A stretch of DNA of 64,000 nt from Vicugna vicugna (Eukaryota), in the NCBI GenBank assembly GCA_013265495.1, contig MU057584.1, positions 288,608 to 352,607 of the forward strand, in the 5' to 3' direction. The notes beneath the pieces are model-generated. The model saw only the letters and a list, made by a program, of their open reading frames with translations, searched no databases and had not been told where the DNA came from. Position 1 is the stretch's first letter. Each line of letters begins with the position of its first letter. The translations under genes and the position numbers were made by a program. Shown here one piece after another: positions 60,989 to 64,000 of the stretch.

Positions 60989-63497
60989 AGAGGACCGCGC
61001 AGTCCCACAGCCGAACTCCCCGCCACGTGGTGCCCCTGCATCCACCCGCCCTCAGTTTCCAGCCCTGGCTTTAACTTTCTGGGCACCCAGAGAGTGCACC
61101 CAGCTACCCCGGTGCTGAAACATGGGCGCCTCCTTCCCTCAGTTTCTCTGGGGCAGGCACCTGAACCAGTCCCCTAGTCTCCTGAGCTGGGATTTCCCTG
61201 CTCTCTACAGTGCAGCCCTGGGCCAGACCGTCCTGTTTCTCCCTGTGCCTCCCCAACCTCCTACCTGGTCTCCTCCCACCCCGTCCCATCCTCCCAACAG
61301 AAAACAGCCCAGGGGATCTTTCTAAAGCCCAGACTCGACAGCTGTCCCTCCCTGCTGGGACCCATCTTGGCCAAATCATTCAACTGCCTGTGAGGTCTGG
61401 CTCCTGGGGGTCTGTCAGCCTCACCTCTAAGACCCCTGCCCCTAACCCCTACCCTGTGGTCTATGGTCCAAGACACTGAACTCCTTCCAGAACCTTGCAC
61501 ATTCTCTTCCCTCTGCCTGGAGTATGCCTGCAGCCACACCACTCTACTCTAGCTGCCCTACTCCTATTCATCCTCCAGTCTCAACTTAGACACCTCTTCC
61601 TCCAGGAAGTCCTCCCTCACTCCCAAGCTGGGTCAGGTCCTCATTCTGAGTTCATATCCACCCCAACCCTGCCACCTCTGGGTCATCACTGGCTGGAGAT
61701 GGGTTTATCTCCCTCACTGGACTATGAGCTCAGGGCACAGTCTTGCGTTCAGTTCAGCATGCTGGCAGGAGAAGGCAGCTGGAGACCCTGGTTGCAGGTG
61801 TAGGCACAGCCAGGGAGGCCTCAGCCACTTGATGGGTCCCAGCACCACCCAGCCCAGGGCAGGCACAGGGCAGGGGCTCCAGGAATGTGTGTGGAATAAA
61901 TGAACAGGTGTGGATTCTCATGGTCTGTATCCTTCCCTTCCTGTACCCAGCATCTCCATTCCTCACTGACAAGTGTTAATTGAGCAACTACTGTACACCA
62001 AGCTCTATTGAATGAACTGGGCACCAGAGACATGAAAATAAACCAGACTAGCCCCTACTCTCAGGGAACTCAAAGTCTGGTAGGGGAGGCAATATGGAAG
62101 CAAATGTAATAATAATTAATAATACATGTTTACTGAACGCCATACACGGTGCTGAGTGCTTTACTTATTGTTCATTTTATCCTCGAAACGATTTTGTGAG
62201 GCAAGAGCTTTGATTATCCCTATTTTACAGACGCAGATACCAAGGCTGAGAAAGATCAGGTCACGCAGGCTGTTAAGAGACAAACTGGGAATGGAACCCA
62301 AATCTTTCCAACACCCAAGCTTCATCCTCTGCATGTTTCAGTCTGAAATGAAGGACTAAGATTTAACCCCCACCTACTAAAATGTCAGGGGTCTGTTTGT
62401 CCAAGCAGAGGGGTCTGAGGAGAGGGCACTGCTCAATCCAAAGGAGGTATCACTCTCTGATGGTGGAATTTCAGGCACTGGGTTCAGTGTTTGGCCCAGT
62501 TAGGAAGAGACCAACATCCTTGGCTGGAACTGAGAGCCCCCAGGCTCCTTGGCTCTCCCCACCCAAGCTCTGCCCACCAGGGGTCACTGCCCACCATTAC
62601 CGACTTCCCATGGGTCCACAGGCACCTCTGATTCTCAGGGCTGTGGCTCCTTGTTTGACAAATGAGGAAGTGGCTGCTTGGGGGAAGGAAGTGTGTTGGG
62701 CCGTGACCAAGAGGGATTATGATTCATGGGGAAAACCCTTCTCTCCCAAACTCAACCGCTCTGTGTGCCAAAGGGCATTGCTCTCTGAAAGGGTCCGGCC
62801 GGGATCAGATGGCGTGGGTAGCCTGGTCTCAGAAGTATCACCCTCCATACCTTTGATGGGGGTGCAGACTTGTTCCCATACCTGGGGGTGGGGGGATGAG
62901 TCAAGACCAAGGTATTTTTATCTGCTGGACACCCTGGGGTTCCGTGGAAGAATTTAGTTGAGGAAATTGTTCCACTGATGGAACAAACATTTCAAAATAT
63001 GGAATCGTTTTTGTATCTCAACACAAGGAAACTCTTGAGGGTGATGAAAGTGTCCTAAAACAAGATTTGGGGGATGGATGCACAACGTGAATTTTATGGG
63101 ATGGAAATGATGCCCCCAGTGAAGCTGGTAAAGACAGTCTAATATTTAGGAGATGATGGGAAATTTGGACACTGACTGGATATTTGAAGATACTAAAAAG
63201 GTCTTCATTATTCATTTTAACTTTTTAGGTGAAATAATGACACTGTGAGTATGTTTGTTTGTTTCTTTTTAGCAAGTCCTTATCTTTTAGAGATACAGGC
63301 TGAAGTATCTATGAATAAAATGATCCCATGGCTGGAATTTGCTTTCAAATAAAATGGGAAAGGGTTTTGGGTAGGGGAAAGGAGACAAGATTGACCCAAG
63401 GTGGGAGACGGCTGTAGGGGAAGGATGTTGTTCTGCCCTTCGTTTTTGAGGAGTCTATAAAACTTGGAAGTTTTCCAGAATTAAAAAAGTTTTTAGA

Positions 63498-63620
63498 GGG
63501 GGAGGGTACAGCTCAGTGGCAGAGCACATGCCTAGCATGCACGAGGTCCTGGGTTCAGTCCCCAGTGCCTCCATTAAAAATAAATAAATCCTTTTAAAAA
63601 ACTAATTACCCCCCAAAAAA
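63498..63620 (+). mobile_element. tRNA-Ala-derived SINE (vic-1-like)
   Basis: Head plus CTAATTACCCCC tail. Confidence 0.85.
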
Positions 63621-64000
63621 TAATTAATTAATTAAAGAAAATAGAAAATAAATATTTTTTAAATTGTTTTTGACCATAAGTCTAAATACAAGTCCAACTC
63701 CTTCCCACATTACAGATGGGAGACATGAGGCCCAGAGAGGAAGGACACCTAGCTGGGTTCCCTTTTCCCAGGTCCTCATATCTCTTATGGGGTCCCCAAA
63801 GAACCCTGGCACCCTCTCTGCTCCCCTTCACCTCCCTAACTCTGCCTTTCACTTCCTGCCTTGAACTGCCTTCCAGAAAAGCCCAGCCCCTCACACATAC
63901 CAACCCAGACCCCTGCAGCCCCTCACCCCACACTTAGAGTCTTCCCTTCTGCCTCTCATTGGCTCTCTTACCCCAAGCTGGGACTTACCATCACCCGACT

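Overview
Mammalian (eutherian) genomic DNA carrying three consecutive plus-strand Ig-superfamily genes in the order of the human 19q13.31 CEACAM/nectin neighbourhood. (1) The 3' part of IGSF23 (1 to ~11.1 kb). (2) A complete PVR/CD155 (ATG 18225, 8 coding exons, ~412-aa alpha form with ITIM, plus a read-through delta-like tail). (3) A complete CEACAM19 (ATG 40999, 7-8 coding exons, stop 56549). The rest is MIR, L2, L1, MaLR/ERV LTRs and DNA-transposon fossils, plus about 13 copies of a young tRNA-Ala(AGC)-derived SINE resembling camelid vic-1, so the species is probably a camelid (inference). Most notable: IGSF23 has a CEACAM-type N (IgV) exon, and an in-frame TGA right after its transmembrane segment sits between two tandem splice donors (tail-less/possibly GPI, tailed, or NMD outcomes). 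CEACAM19 has an L2-derived in-frame cassette exon. Its large intron 2 holds a candidate nested antisense transcription unit with its own CpG promoter. There are also two local inverted duplications and a cryptic GTCTACACTG array in PVR intron 3. Exon boundaries were read by hand from splice signals and frame continuity. Comparisons with human proteins and repeat family names are from memory, not from searches.
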